IMG/VR virus record: IMGVR_UViG_3300025141_000016
Span: 62,001-126,000 of that record
Direction: 5' to 3' (one strand)
DNA length: 64,000 nucleotides
Below the pieces are notes generated by a model. It was not told where the DNA came from and ran no database searches. It was given only the letters and a program-made list of their open reading frames with translations. Every line of letters begins with the position of its first letter. Within the stretch, counting starts at the first letter, position 1. The translations under genes and the position numbers were made by a program. This document shows positions 20,782 to 30,457 of this stretch, one piece after another.

Positions 20782-22256
20782 AGGTCTTGCTCCGCTCTAC
20801 ATTTCTGGACGGTCCTTCCGACGATGGTGACCTCTTTCTTCGGAACGCCCAGGCGCTTCGGGACAGCGGGCTGGGCTTTGAACTGGAAGAGGATGGGGTC
20901 ATCTGGTCCTACATCCAAGACTTCATCGCGCAGCACCACCACGTTCCTGCATCCTCCACTCTCCGGGGGCACTTTGAGCGGGTGAACCAAATACCGGTCA
21001 CTGACCGGCTCGACACCCTCTGCATAGAGCGACCTCGCACCCAAGGCGATTACCGTCAACTTCTCGACTCACGGGTGGAGGATCGCCGGATTCGGATTGT
21101 GGGGGAGGTGCTGCGGGAAGCCGCACGGATCGTGGACACTGGGGTCACCATCAAGGAAGGGCGCGAGGAGCGTATTCTCCGAGGCCCTGCTCATGCTGTG
21201 CGGTATGTCCTCGACAGGAGCCATGAGGTCATCACGCCTGTCACGGGAGTGCGGCTCTCTGGGGACGTGACCTCCGACGGGGACTCCTTTGTGAAGGAGT
21301 ATGAGCGTGTTGAGGCCGATCCCCTGGCGGGGATCGGGCAGTTCACGGGCATCCGGCAGATGGACGAAACGCTCAAAGGCGCGAAGCGGGGAGAACTGTG
21401 GACTCACGCTGCCTTCACAGGGGGCATGAAGTCCACGTTGGCGATGAACTGGCATTACAACCAAGCTGTCTACTACCGCCACTCCTCGGTCCTCTATTCA
21501 TTGGAGATGCCCTACCAGCAGGTACGCCGCATCTTGTACGCCATGCACTCCGGGCACGAGAAGTTCGCAGAGGTGCGGAAGACCCTCGGCATAGGGAGGA
21601 GTCTCGACTACGCCAAGATCCGCGACGGGGAGTTGAGCGAGGCAGGGAAGACCTTTTTGGTGAAGCATGTGGTCCCTGACTTCAATGACCCTGCCAACAC
21701 CTATGGGCACATCCACATCGAGGTGGCTGACCCCGACAAGTCCGACTTCACGATCAATGACCTACGGACTCGCAGCGAACTCCTCTACACCAAAGACCCA
21801 GCGATTCAGATGCTCACCATCGACCATGCGGGGCTCATGCAGTCGAGGGGGAAGTACCGCTCGACAACGGAACGACTGAATGAGGTGCTGCGTGACCTCA
21901 AACGCCTCTCCATGTCCTTCAACCGGGGCATGGGGATCGCTGTCGTTGCGTTGTTCCAGATCAGCCGAGAGGGATACAAGTCTGCTGTGAAGTCAGGTGG
22001 GCGGTACAACTTGACTCACCTCTCCTACGCCAACGAGGCGGAACGGTCGTCGGACGTGGTGACCGCAGCCTGGGTGGACACGGAACTCATGGAGTCAAAC
22101 CTCGTGAAGTTCCAGTGCTTGAAGTCACGGGACAACGCTCCTTTTGAGGACTTCTACTCGGGTGTCTTATGGCCATCCCGACGTATCTTCACCACGACGG
22201 ACGTGACCCCACAGCAAGCCCAACGGGTCGGCGCTGAAATCGACTTGGACATTTGA
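20778..22256 (+). CDS. dnaB: Replicative DnaB-like helicase
   Basis: TGIRQMD, Walker A-like AAFTGGMKS, YSLEM, IDHAGL, LFQISR, ERSSDVV, KSRD. Confidence 0.85.
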   Translation: MKVLLRSTFLDGPSDDGDLFLRNAQALRDSGLGFELEEDGVIWSYIQDFIAQHHHVPASSTLRGHFERVNQIPVTDRLDTLCIERPRTQGDYRQLLDSRVEDRRIRIVGEVLREAARIVDTGVTIKEGREERILRGPAHAVRYVLDRSHEVITPVTGVRLSGDVTSDGDSFVKEYERVEADPLAGIGQFTGIRQMDETLKGAKRGELWTHAAFTGGMKSTLAMNWHYNQAVYYRHSSVLYSLEMPYQQVRRILYAMHSGHEKFAEVRKTLGIGRSLDYAKIRDGELSEAGKTFLVKHVVPDFNDPANTYGHIHIEVADPDKSDFTINDLRTRSELLYTKDPAIQMLTIDHAGLMQSRGKYRSTTERLNEVLRDLKRLSMSFNRGMGIAVVALFQISREGYKSAVKSGGRYNLTHLSYANEAERSSDVVTAAWVDTELMESNLVKFQCLKSRDNAPFEDFYSGVLWPSRRIFTTTDVTPQQAQRVGAEIDLDI

Positions 22257-22257
22257 G

Positions 22258-22860
22258 GTGGGCAGGGCGAAGCAAGCAGCCGACCGTATCCGAGAGGAAA
22301 TCCCCATCGTTCAGGTGTTGGTGGACTATGGGTACATGGTTCATCCTGATGGCGGGGACAGAGAGCAACAGTTCTCGTGTGACCTCCATGGCGACGGGAT
22401 GGACACCAAACCATCGGCGCGGGTGTACCCGGACTCGGCCTCCTTCCACTGTTTCGCCTGTGGTCGAAGTCGTGATGCCATTACCTTGGTGCGGGAAAAG
22501 GAAGGGATTGACTTCTGGCCTGCCGTGAAGGCGTTGGAGGGGCGCTATGGGCTCCCCTCCCTTCCCTGGACTGCTTCCCTGGAGGAACCCAAGGACAAGA
22601 CGTTACGCAAGGTGAGTGAGGCTTTGGCAGGCACCCAACAGACCGCCGAAGAAGTCCTCCGACGGGTGGAGCGGCTGGTCGATTCTTTGTGCCGGGAGAG
22701 AGCCTGTACTCCCGACCAGTGTGCGGCTCTGTGGGAGGCCCATGATCGGGTGTCTCTCCTATTGGAGAAAGAGGCTGCCCCCGAGAAGACGGCCAAGGAG
22801 GCCGCCCTCCGTGTATTGGCCCATGTGCGGATGGTCATGGGGGTAGGAGAAACCCGGTAA
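22258..22860 (+). CDS. CHC2 zinc-finger (primase Zn-binding domain) protein lacking TOPRIM
   Basis: CDLH...DTKPSA...FHCFACG...DAITLV; only 200 aa. Confidence 0.75.
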   Translation: MGRAKQAADRIREEIPIVQVLVDYGYMVHPDGGDREQQFSCDLHGDGMDTKPSARVYPDSASFHCFACGRSRDAITLVREKEGIDFWPAVKALEGRYGLPSLPWTASLEEPKDKTLRKVSEALAGTQQTAEEVLRRVERLVDSLCRERACTPDQCAALWEAHDRVSLLLEKEAAPEKTAKEAALRVLAHVRMVMGVGETR

Positions 22861-22890
22861 ACGGGTACACGTCCCAAAGGAGATTGCCTC

Positions 22891-25671
22891 ATGGACATTC
22901 TGGAACAGTTCCGTGACCTCAACCGTCCCCCTGTCGGGCAGAAGCCATGGATGAAGGGTGTGGACCTGCGGTTGGCTACCCGTGAGGATCTTGACACTAT
23001 CGCCCAGGAGTGCATCGAAGCAGGGATCTTTGGCCTGGACTTGGAGACTACCGGGTTGGACCAGAGGTCTTTCCCTTCCCAATCGGGACGCAGAGAGACG
23101 GTGGACAAGATCGTGGGCTACTGCATCGCCCCTTCCACGGAAAAGGGGTGGTACATCCCTGTCCGGCATCGGGATGAGGGCTCCCACGCGAACGTGCCCC
23201 CACGGCTCCTCGCAGAGTTGATCAGCAAGATTCAGGCGGGGGGCGCGGTCGCCGTCTTCCACAATGCCAAGTTCGACGTGAAGTTCCTTCAACATGAACC
23301 CGCTGGAAGGGCTGGAGAGTGGGATGACTACTCGCTCTGGGAGGACACCCAGATCCTCGCTTATGTCCGCAACACGCGGGAGCGAAGGAAGAGTTTGAAG
23401 GTGCTGTCCAAGAGGGAACTGGACCGGGAGATGATTGAGTTGGAGGAGTTGTTTCCCTCCGAGATGGTCAAGGCCAAGAAGCTGGATTTCTCGACGCTTG
23501 ACCCCACCTGGGAGCCCGTCGTCTGGTATGCCGCCGCTGATGCGGTGAACACCCTGGCCCTCTACCAGATCCTCCACCCGGAGGTGGTTGAAAAGGATGA
23601 ATACGGCCTCCAACAGAAGAACATCTACCGGTTGGAGAAAGCCTGCTTGGTGGCAACCATCTGGATGGAAGATTGCCGCATCCACATCGACCGGGATCGC
23701 CTCTCCGACCTCATTCGTCTGGGACAACAGGAGTGGTGGAACTGTCTTACCGAGGTCTACGCCGAAGCCTCGGATCTGTTGGAGAGGGACGTGCGACCCT
23801 CGTGGTTCAAAACCATGGGGGATTCGTTTGATCCCACGGTGATGGAGCCCCATTACATGGCAGTCCGTGAGGAAGCCATGGTAGGCACCACCGACAAATC
23901 TCTCCCCACAACGGAACGGTCAGTCCCCAGGTTGGATGACCCCAAGCGCCAGGAGTCCGTCGAGTTCCCCGCCGCCTACGACGTGACCATCCCAGCCAGC
24001 CTGGGTCTGATGCTTCGGGAAATAGGGGTCCGGGGACTCACCACCACCGAGAAGTCGGGTCAGATCAAGACAGCGAAGGATGAGTTGGAGAGGGTCATTG
24101 ATGAAGCGGGGGCACAGTTCCCCTTCATGGCCAAGATCAAGAGGTTTCGGCAGGTTGCCAAGGCCCTCGGCACCAATCTGTTCCCGATCTACTGGGACAC
24201 CACTCCCGAACGCTCCCCCGATGGCTGTGTCTGGGCCAACTTCAACGGGCAGAAAGTGGATACGGGGCGCTTTTCCACCCCCACCCCACGGGAGAAACGC
24301 AAAGAGTTCTTTCACGGGCAGGTGCGGTGGAATGTCCACAGCACGACCGCCACCTATGACAAGTCGATGCCCGAGTGTGCGCGGAGGCAACGAGAGTGCA
24401 TTACAGCGCGGCCAGGACATATCCTCTTTGCCATCGACTACTCTGGGGTCGAGTTACGGATCGTCACCTGCTTGTCCGGGGAACCAAAGTGGCTCACCGA
24501 GTTCTTCCGCTGTTCTGGGTGTGAGCACACCTTTGAGCGTGGGACGTTACCTCCCCCTTTCTGCCCGGAGTGTGGGTCCGACAAGATCGGTGATCTCCAC
24601 TCTCTGACTGCCCTTGGGGTCTTCGGGGAGGGCATCCGTGGCACCCCCGAGTTCAAGCAGCGTCGGCAGGAAGCGAAGGCTCTGAACTTTGCCATGTGCT
24701 ATGGCGGGGGTGGCTTGGCAGCCCAACGGGCTGTCGGTGTGAGTAAGGATGAGGGCTGGCGTATCAAGAACCAGTTTGATGCGACGTACCGTTCCCTACA
24801 GCGGTGGTGGAGGAGCCAGGAAGCCCTGGTCAAGAAGCGGAAGTACGTCGTTACCGCCTACGGGCGGAAGTACCCGTTGCCTGACATAGCCCATGAGTTG
24901 GGGGGCTTCCGTGCCAAGGCCAAACGCAACGCCGTGAACGGCCCCGTGCAGGGAACCAGTGCCGACATAATGAAGCTGGCGATGGCGAAACTCCACAAAG
25001 AGTTCAAGGAGCGGGGGTGGCTACGGCGCGTGATGATGGTCATTACCATCCATGATGAACTCGTGTTTGAGATTGAGGAGGGGCTGGGAGGGGAGGCCGT
25101 TGAGGTCATTGAAAGGATCATGGTCCATGAAGCAACAGCGGCATTGAAGTGGCCTGTCCCCCTCAAAGTTGATGTGGAGTTCGGAGAGGACTGGACTGTC
25201 CCCTTCAACCTCACCGAGATGATGTGGAACAAGGGAGGGGGAGCATGGGATGAACGGTGGGTCAAGGCGTTCCCTGTCCAATACCAGCACTACCTCTCTT
25301 GTGGTGGGGCTCCTGTTGACGGCGCTTCCGTAGCCGTTGCTGCTCCCACCGTCCCTACCGTCCCTACCGTTACCGTCCCTACCGTCCCTACCGAACTGGT
25401 GGTGGAGGATGCCAACATCGACTTGGATATGACGGAGGACATTCCCACCCGCCCCGTGGAAATGAACGGGGACTCTTACGTCTTCCGGGTGAGCAACGCA
25501 TTGATGACCCCGGATAATGCGGAACGGTTGGCACGGGTTGTCGTCCGCTGTATCGGTAAAGGGGTAGACACCCTCCAGATCAAGGATGAAAGGGACAACG
25601 ATCTCCTCGGAGGCCCCATCCGGGTAGCCTACGAGGAGTTCAGGGTGATCGCTGACTACGAGGGGCTATGA
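22891..25671 (+). CDS. polA: Family A DNA polymerase with 3'-5' exonuclease
   Basis: Exonuclease motifs DLETTG, HNAKFD, YAAAD; TGRFS; motif A DYSGVELR; motif B RQEAKALNFAMCYG; NGPVQGTSAD; motif C IHDEL. Confidence 0.95.
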   Translation: MDILEQFRDLNRPPVGQKPWMKGVDLRLATREDLDTIAQECIEAGIFGLDLETTGLDQRSFPSQSGRRETVDKIVGYCIAPSTEKGWYIPVRHRDEGSHANVPPRLLAELISKIQAGGAVAVFHNAKFDVKFLQHEPAGRAGEWDDYSLWEDTQILAYVRNTRERRKSLKVLSKRELDREMIELEELFPSEMVKAKKLDFSTLDPTWEPVVWYAAADAVNTLALYQILHPEVVEKDEYGLQQKNIYRLEKACLVATIWMEDCRIHIDRDRLSDLIRLGQQEWWNCLTEVYAEASDLLERDVRPSWFKTMGDSFDPTVMEPHYMAVREEAMVGTTDKSLPTTERSVPRLDDPKRQESVEFPAAYDVTIPASLGLMLREIGVRGLTTTEKSGQIKTAKDELERVIDEAGAQFPFMAKIKRFRQVAKALGTNLFPIYWDTTPERSPDGCVWANFNGQKVDTGRFSTPTPREKRKEFFHGQVRWNVHSTTATYDKSMPECARRQRECITARPGHILFAIDYSGVELRIVTCLSGEPKWLTEFFRCSGCEHTFERGTLPPPFCPECGSDKIGDLHSLTALGVFGEGIRGTPEFKQRRQEAKALNFAMCYGGGGLAAQRAVGVSKDEGWRIKNQFDATYRSLQRWWRSQEALVKKRKYVVTAYGRKYPLPDIAHELGGFRAKAKRNAVNGPVQGTSADIMKLAMAKLHKEFKERGWLRRVMMVITIHDELVFEIEEGLGGEAVEVIERIMVHEATAALKWPVPLKVDVEFGEDWTVPFNLTEMMWNKGGGAWDERWVKAFPVQYQHYLSCGGAPVDGASVAVAAPTVPTVPTVTVPTVPTELVVEDANIDLDMTEDIPTRPVEMNGDSYVFRVSNALMTPDNAERLARVVVRCIGKGVDTLQIKDERDNDLLGGPIRVAYEEFRVIADYEGL
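25348..25393 (+). repeat. 9-bp tandem repeat ACCGTCCCT (PTV linker) in polA
   Basis: Four full copies plus partial copies, encoding PTVPTVPTVTVPTVPT. Confidence 0.85.
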
Positions 25672-25982
25672 TGGACACCGAAGGAAGCACGGACGATCAG
25701 ATCCTCCAGCGGCTTACTTCTTTGACCGAGGCCGTAGGAGAGATTCTTCTGTGGGCGCGGGAGGTCGAGAAAGCTGGAGCAGTCCCGAAAGGAACACTCC
25801 ACCGAGCCCGCATCGCCCTCCAACGAGAGCAGGTCCAAGAACGTCTCGCATCCTGTCGGGAGGTGTTGGAGGCGTTGGAGGGGCACGATGTTCCGGCTAT
25901 CCGCCGCAGGTTGGTGAGTACCATTATGACATTGGAGGCCAGGGCCGAGGTTTTGGCGCAGGAGGTACAGACCAATGGGTAA
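25668..25982 (+). CDS. Hypothetical helical protein
   Basis: Overlaps the polA stop; 104 aa. Confidence 0.6.
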   Translation: MMDTEGSTDDQILQRLTSLTEAVGEILLWAREVEKAGAVPKGTLHRARIALQREQVQERLASCREVLEALEGHDVPAIRRRLVSTIMTLEARAEVLAQEVQTNG

Positions 25983-26283
25983 GAGAAGCATGTGTCCACT
26001 TGAAGTGGATGGGAAGGAATACCGGTGTGCTAACGAGGCGATCTGGCCGCCGATTGAGATTGAGGTCTATGGCCCCACCGCCGAGCACGTCCGCTACATC
26101 GTGTCGGATGTGAAATACCAACGGATCAAGACGTGGGAAAAGCTGTGCGGGCTCCGGCAAATGGAGGCAACCAAGTGCTTGAAGTGTCCCTTGGTTACCC
26201 ATGAGGGGGAGCCTCTGGCCAAGCGTTCGGCTGGATACCCTGTCTACGCTGTCTCCCTTTCCAAGAACCCCCAGAACCGTTGA
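25975..26283 (+). CDS. Hypothetical Cys-containing protein
   Basis: AGGAGG RBS; CLKC motif. Confidence 0.6.
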   Translation: MGKRSMCPLEVDGKEYRCANEAIWPPIEIEVYGPTAEHVRYIVSDVKYQRIKTWEKLCGLRQMEATKCLKCPLVTHEGEPLAKRSAGYPVYAVSLSKNPQNR

Positions 26284-26352
26284 AGGGGGTCGCGGAGGTA
26301 GCAAACTTGGGTAGGTTGCCCATATCCACTCCCTATAAGAGAGGGGAAACCC

Positions 26353-26895
26353 ATGAGTAACATCTTCATCACCGACCAAGACCCCCGTGAGTGTGCTGAC
26401 ATTCTTTCGGACCAGCACATCCGTTCCCAACTGGGCACGACCGCCCGAACCCTGGTCGCGGCTCTGCGGGAGCGTGGAATCACAGGACCAATGCTTCCCC
26501 CCACCAAGATGGAGTCTCCTTTCAGCCAGTGGGCGGCAAAGGGCTGGGACAACTTTATGTGGCTTTCCTTCCACGGGATCGCTTTGACCGAGGAGTACCA
26601 TCGTCGCTTTGATGCCATCCCCCCAACGAGCGCCCCCGTCTTGGTGGCAGGGCAGATAGGGCATCTCATGTCGGGTGGGGTCTTCGACTTTCCAATGAAC
26701 TGGCCGTGGTCTGACGCGGCCAAGAGGCACGCCAAGTCGGGGAGTGTGTTCTCGGCCTACCAAAATGCGCTGCGGGACAAGTACGAGACATGGTGTGAGG
26801 AGGGAGAGATGCCCACTTGGACCAATGCCTACCCCCCTTCCTGGCTGGCGGATACCGGTGAAGTCTTGCTCTGGACAGACGACCTTTCTTCATAG
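26353..26895 (+). CDS. Pyrimidine-dimer DNA glycosylase-like protein (possibly degenerate)
   Basis: MSNIFITDQDPRECADILSDQHI..., WL...GIALTEEYHRRF, and a W...PPSW ending, all typical of the family. Confidence 0.65.
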   Translation: MSNIFITDQDPRECADILSDQHIRSQLGTTARTLVAALRERGITGPMLPPTKMESPFSQWAAKGWDNFMWLSFHGIALTEEYHRRFDAIPPTSAPVLVAGQIGHLMSGGVFDFPMNWPWSDAAKRHAKSGSVFSAYQNALRDKYETWCEEGEMPTWTNAYPPSWLADTGEVLLWTDDLSS

Positions 26896-26896
26896 G

Positions 26897-26911
26897 CGGT
26901 AGGGCGGCTAT
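26897..26911 (+). promoter_or_regulatory. Class L motif CGGTAG-N5-CTAT
   Basis: CGGTAGggcggCTAT upstream of 26940/27263. Confidence 0.6.
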
Positions 26912-26939
26912 ACAACCGGTAGGGCGACGGAGGTTTGCC

Positions 26940-27266
26940 TTGCGGGCTTACACCAAGACTGTTCCTGTTCGGGTTGAGGTGGACGTTTCCCACGTTCGCC
27001 CCCAGAACCCAGTAGTAGAGGATTCTCCTCTGGTGTCTCTGCGTGCGCGGATTTCTCTGTCGGTGGACGTTGCGGGTTTCCGGCAACCGCTTTGGGTGAA
27101 TGCGGAGATCCAACTCTCCCCCAACCAACCACCCAAACTCGTGTGGATGGACCCCATCTATGGGAACATCACGGGCTTCCAGAGCAAACAAGCCCTGGTC
27201 CCCTTCAGGGATGCCCTGATGATGGCTGTCAACGGCACCCGGTTGAAGATCCTGGGTGTGGAATGA
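26940..27266 (+). CDS. Hypothetical protein
   Basis: GGAGG RBS, TTG start, coupled to the next gene. Confidence 0.55.
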   Translation: MRAYTKTVPVRVEVDVSHVRPQNPVVEDSPLVSLRARISLSVDVAGFRQPLWVNAEIQLSPNQPPKLVWMDPIYGNITGFQSKQALVPFRDALMMAVNGTRLKILGVE

Positions 27267-29305
27267 ATCTGCCGTGCCCCCATCGGGTCATGCTCCGCTT
27301 CGCTTCTCTCACTGTCGAGGAGTTTGAGGGGAGGGTCGGGAGAAAAGACCACCTCACCAGATGGGAGGAAGGAACGATCCCTACCTCTGAAGCCCTGAAA
27401 ATCGAACCCCCACGCCGATACCATGGACGTAGGGAGTGGAATGAGCGAGGGGGGGAGCGGTACTTCGGCAACTACCCGGAGGCCAAATGGAACGAGTTTC
27501 TGGAGGACATACGCAAGAACGGGATCAAGACCCCCCTCTGGATCTTGGTAGACCCCGGCAAGGAGCCGTTGCTCATGGAAGGTAACCATCGGGTGCAGGC
27601 AGCGGCACAGTTGGGGTTGCGCGAGGTGCCGGTCACCATCAAGTATTACGGCTTGGCTGAAGAAGATGGGTTGGCTGCGCCTTCGGTCAGGAGAACCATC
27701 AAGCACCAAGACCCCGAGCGAGTCCGGGCGGCTAACCAGTGTTCTCCCCATCGGGTTGCACTCCGATATGCGGGGCTCTTTGAGCCTCCCCCCATGGTGT
27801 TGAAGGCGGTGACGGACTGGGCACAGTCTATGTGGGCTGGGCACGCACTGGCTCTGATGGACAAGACCCTTGATGGCCCCAAAGACGACAGTGGGGCGCG
27901 GATACGCAAGATGGAAGCCCTGTCTGACCGGAGGGCACTGAAAGATGCGTTGGAGAAAGCGTGGGACAAGCAGCGGATGATCCGCATCCCGGTGAACCCC
28001 CGGTACGACGTGGCGGTCAAAGCCCCCTCCGATGAAGACGATTTCGGCTACGCCCGAGCCTTTTACGAACTTGTCAGGAAGAAACAACGGGTGCAGTTCC
28101 CACGGATGCCTGGGGAGTACGCCCGCGACTCCGAGTGGGATGATTGGTACGGGGATCGCTACCCCCTGGACCACATAGCAGGCATCATCTCGACAGAGAT
28201 CGCTGAAGGACTACAGGAGTACGCCAAGCGGCAGGAATCCTCCAGTGAGGTGCGACGGCGGCATCTCAAGCCCGAGCACCTTGTGGAACTCTCACTCGTC
28301 CGACGGGAAGCCCGGAAGCACACCTCTCGGGCCAAGTCGTACAAGACCAAGGCTGCGACGGTGATCCCAGTTGATCTCACAGGCTGGAAGTACCTCAATG
28401 AAGTTCCCGCCAGCGAGGGTGACCTCAACGTCGCTGATTGGCAGGCATTGATGAAAACACGCCTGGAAGCTGCGAACTTCACTTCCTTCAAGTGCATCTT
28501 GTGGTTCAAGGCCCATAAGCGTCGAGGGGGTCAATGGTCCCCAGGCAGGATGAAGATGGAGTTGGATCTCTGGTCCACCAGCGTCTACGACCTGAAGTCG
28601 TTTCGGAGGGGGATGCAGCGTATTGCATCCATCGCCAAGCACGAGTGCATCCATCTGGGGCAAGATGCCCTGCGAATCGCCAAGGGGTTGAATGAGGATG
28701 CGGGGCTTCCTTCGCGTGACCTCCGCGAGCCTGGGGTGAACCCGAGCGGGACGCGCATAGACTCATGGTCAAGCAAGCGCATCCCCCACCCCAAGCGAGA
28801 TGTGGAGTTCTACACACGGCTGTCGGATGAGGTGTTGCGATTCAAGGAGGAAGTGCGGTCAGTGGCGAAGCCCCTACGCCGTAAGTTCTTCAAGGACTGG
28901 CTGGACCGCCGTCAGTTCTTCACGGCGAACAAGCGGAACCAGGGCAAGTGGCAGAAACTCGTTGGAGAGTTCTGGGCGGCCTTGGGGCGCGAGGGGATTG
29001 AGATCCCGAAAGCCCCACGCGCCAAGACCAAGCAAGAGGAAGGGACTGTGGTGTGGGTTGAGCCCGTGGGAAACAGCAACCTCTATGAGCCCCAATGGGC
29101 CATCATCCTTGAATACCTGGGCAAAAGCAGTTGGACGGAGACTGATCCCCTGACTGGTGAAGAACGAAGCCCACATCGGTACTCCCTGCAAGGGTTGAAA
29201 AAGTACATCGGGGATTGGAACGACACCGAGTTGAACCTCGACCGCACCCCACCACCACGGGTAGTGCAGCAACTTCAACGTGCCCTGCGCGGGAGTGTGG
29301 ACTGA
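27263..29305 (+). CDS. Multidomain protein: ParB/Srx-like domain plus zincin-like HExxH domain, with two RVxxRY/F tags
   Basis: DIRKNGIKTPL...LMEGNHRVQAAAQLGLREVPV (ParB-N); AKHECIHLGQ; PCPHRVMLRFA at the N-terminus and CSPHRVALRYA internally. Confidence 0.7.
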   Translation: MNLPCPHRVMLRFASLTVEEFEGRVGRKDHLTRWEEGTIPTSEALKIEPPRRYHGRREWNERGGERYFGNYPEAKWNEFLEDIRKNGIKTPLWILVDPGKEPLLMEGNHRVQAAAQLGLREVPVTIKYYGLAEEDGLAAPSVRRTIKHQDPERVRAANQCSPHRVALRYAGLFEPPPMVLKAVTDWAQSMWAGHALALMDKTLDGPKDDSGARIRKMEALSDRRALKDALEKAWDKQRMIRIPVNPRYDVAVKAPSDEDDFGYARAFYELVRKKQRVQFPRMPGEYARDSEWDDWYGDRYPLDHIAGIISTEIAEGLQEYAKRQESSSEVRRRHLKPEHLVELSLVRREARKHTSRAKSYKTKAATVIPVDLTGWKYLNEVPASEGDLNVADWQALMKTRLEAANFTSFKCILWFKAHKRRGGQWSPGRMKMELDLWSTSVYDLKSFRRGMQRIASIAKHECIHLGQDALRIAKGLNEDAGLPSRDLREPGVNPSGTRIDSWSSKRIPHPKRDVEFYTRLSDEVLRFKEEVRSVAKPLRRKFFKDWLDRRQFFTANKRNQGKWQKLVGEFWAALGREGIEIPKAPRAKTKQEEGTVVWVEPVGNSNLYEPQWAIILEYLGKSSWTETDPLTGEERSPHRYSLQGLKKYIGDWNDTELNLDRTPPPRVVQQLQRALRGSVD

Positions 29306-30399
29306 TGGGAAGAAAACGCATGACATGGAAGCAAGGGGCCTCCCTATCTATCGGGGACCGCACGATGCCCCTGGAAGCTGACCAGACAGCAGATGTGTCC
29401 TACGACCATCCCTTGATCGGGAGCACCATCGAGGTGTCGTGCATCGCTGGGGGCACCCTCAAAGACCTCCGAGGAAAGAAAGCCCAGGTGCTTGGGGTCA
29501 TCGCCCGGTTTGGGCAGGATGTGGGATACAAGGTGGATGTTGACGGGGTTACCCGGCACGGATCTACCAAAGACTTCTTTCTCGACCGTTGCGTGGTCGA
29601 GGACGCGCAGCCCCCAACCGCTACTTCGGCGGCTCTCCGCGAAGGGCTCTCCCATTGGGGTCAACAACGGGACTACTGGCACACTGACACCAGCGGTCTT
29701 GAAGCCCTCTGCTTTGATCTGGCCTCGGTGACCCCACGCGCTGCCGTCGAGGCTCATGGGTGGGGGTGGCAGTTCTCTGTCCCAGCCCCGATGCCAGGAG
29801 AGTTCGGGGTGGTTGTCTGTCCCGCCGCTCTCCATGAGAACTTTTGGACCACGACCGCCATGGTCTACCCCTACCGCGCCATCGTTGAAGAGGAACGGCT
29901 CCCCAATGAGGGCGCTGTCCTCTCCATGCCCTTCATTGATGATCACTGGGCACGAGTGTTCTCGTGGACGTATGCGGTTGCGACAAAGATGGCAGCCGAG
30001 GGGTTCCCGTGGGAACAGGCTGCTCGTGGAATCAAAGCCCGAGCGACAGCAACGGCCCAGGTTCTTGTCCCCCTGGTCAGCCGCACCCTTCAACGCGCCC
30101 TGGATGTTCGCTATGAGGTCACGGGGGAGCGGCCTTACGTTTCCGCCGTGTCAGCGGGGTTTTCAGTGGTGCGGCTCAAAGCAGGGACGGTTGGGCTGAC
30201 AGAGCCCCCCACTGACCGGCGACCATACACCGTCATGTCAATCTCGCCCTCGGTCGCCAAAGATCCCGAGTATCTGGAACAGTGTGTCATCCATGAGTGT
30301 GTCCACATCGCTGTGGCCTCGGAGGGGGGCGACCCCCACGGTCCCCTATTCATCGAGGTTTCCGAGAAGATGGGGTTGAAACCTGAACATAGGGATTGA
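29305..30399 (+). CDS. SprT-like zinc metalloprotease domain protein
   Basis: C-terminal VIHECVHIAV...PHGPLF. Start uncertain (29305 or later). Confidence 0.65.
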   Translation: MGRKRMTWKQGASLSIGDRTMPLEADQTADVSYDHPLIGSTIEVSCIAGGTLKDLRGKKAQVLGVIARFGQDVGYKVDVDGVTRHGSTKDFFLDRCVVEDAQPPTATSAALREGLSHWGQQRDYWHTDTSGLEALCFDLASVTPRAAVEAHGWGWQFSVPAPMPGEFGVVVCPAALHENFWTTTAMVYPYRAIVEEERLPNEGAVLSMPFIDDHWARVFSWTYAVATKMAAEGFPWEQAARGIKARATATAQVLVPLVSRTLQRALDVRYEVTGERPYVSAVSAGFSVVRLKAGTVGLTEPPTDRRPYTVMSISPSVAKDPEYLEQCVIHECVHIAVASEGGDPHGPLFIEVSEKMGLKPEHRD

Positions 30400-30457
30400 G
30401 GGGGGTGGGGGGTTGCCCCCATCTCCGTAAGAGGGTCCAGACGAAAGGACGGACCCC

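Noticed and set aside
17376-25671. Inteins or introns in the SNF2, DnaB or PolA genes
   Set aside because: Motif spacing is ordinary and no C...HN-[CST] splice junctions or homing-endonuclease motifs were seen.
30405-30432. Class E promoter before 30458 (and ATCTCCGTAA near 54526)
   Set aside because: Only the downstream half (ATCTCCGTAA) is present; there is no TTCAAC at the required spacing.
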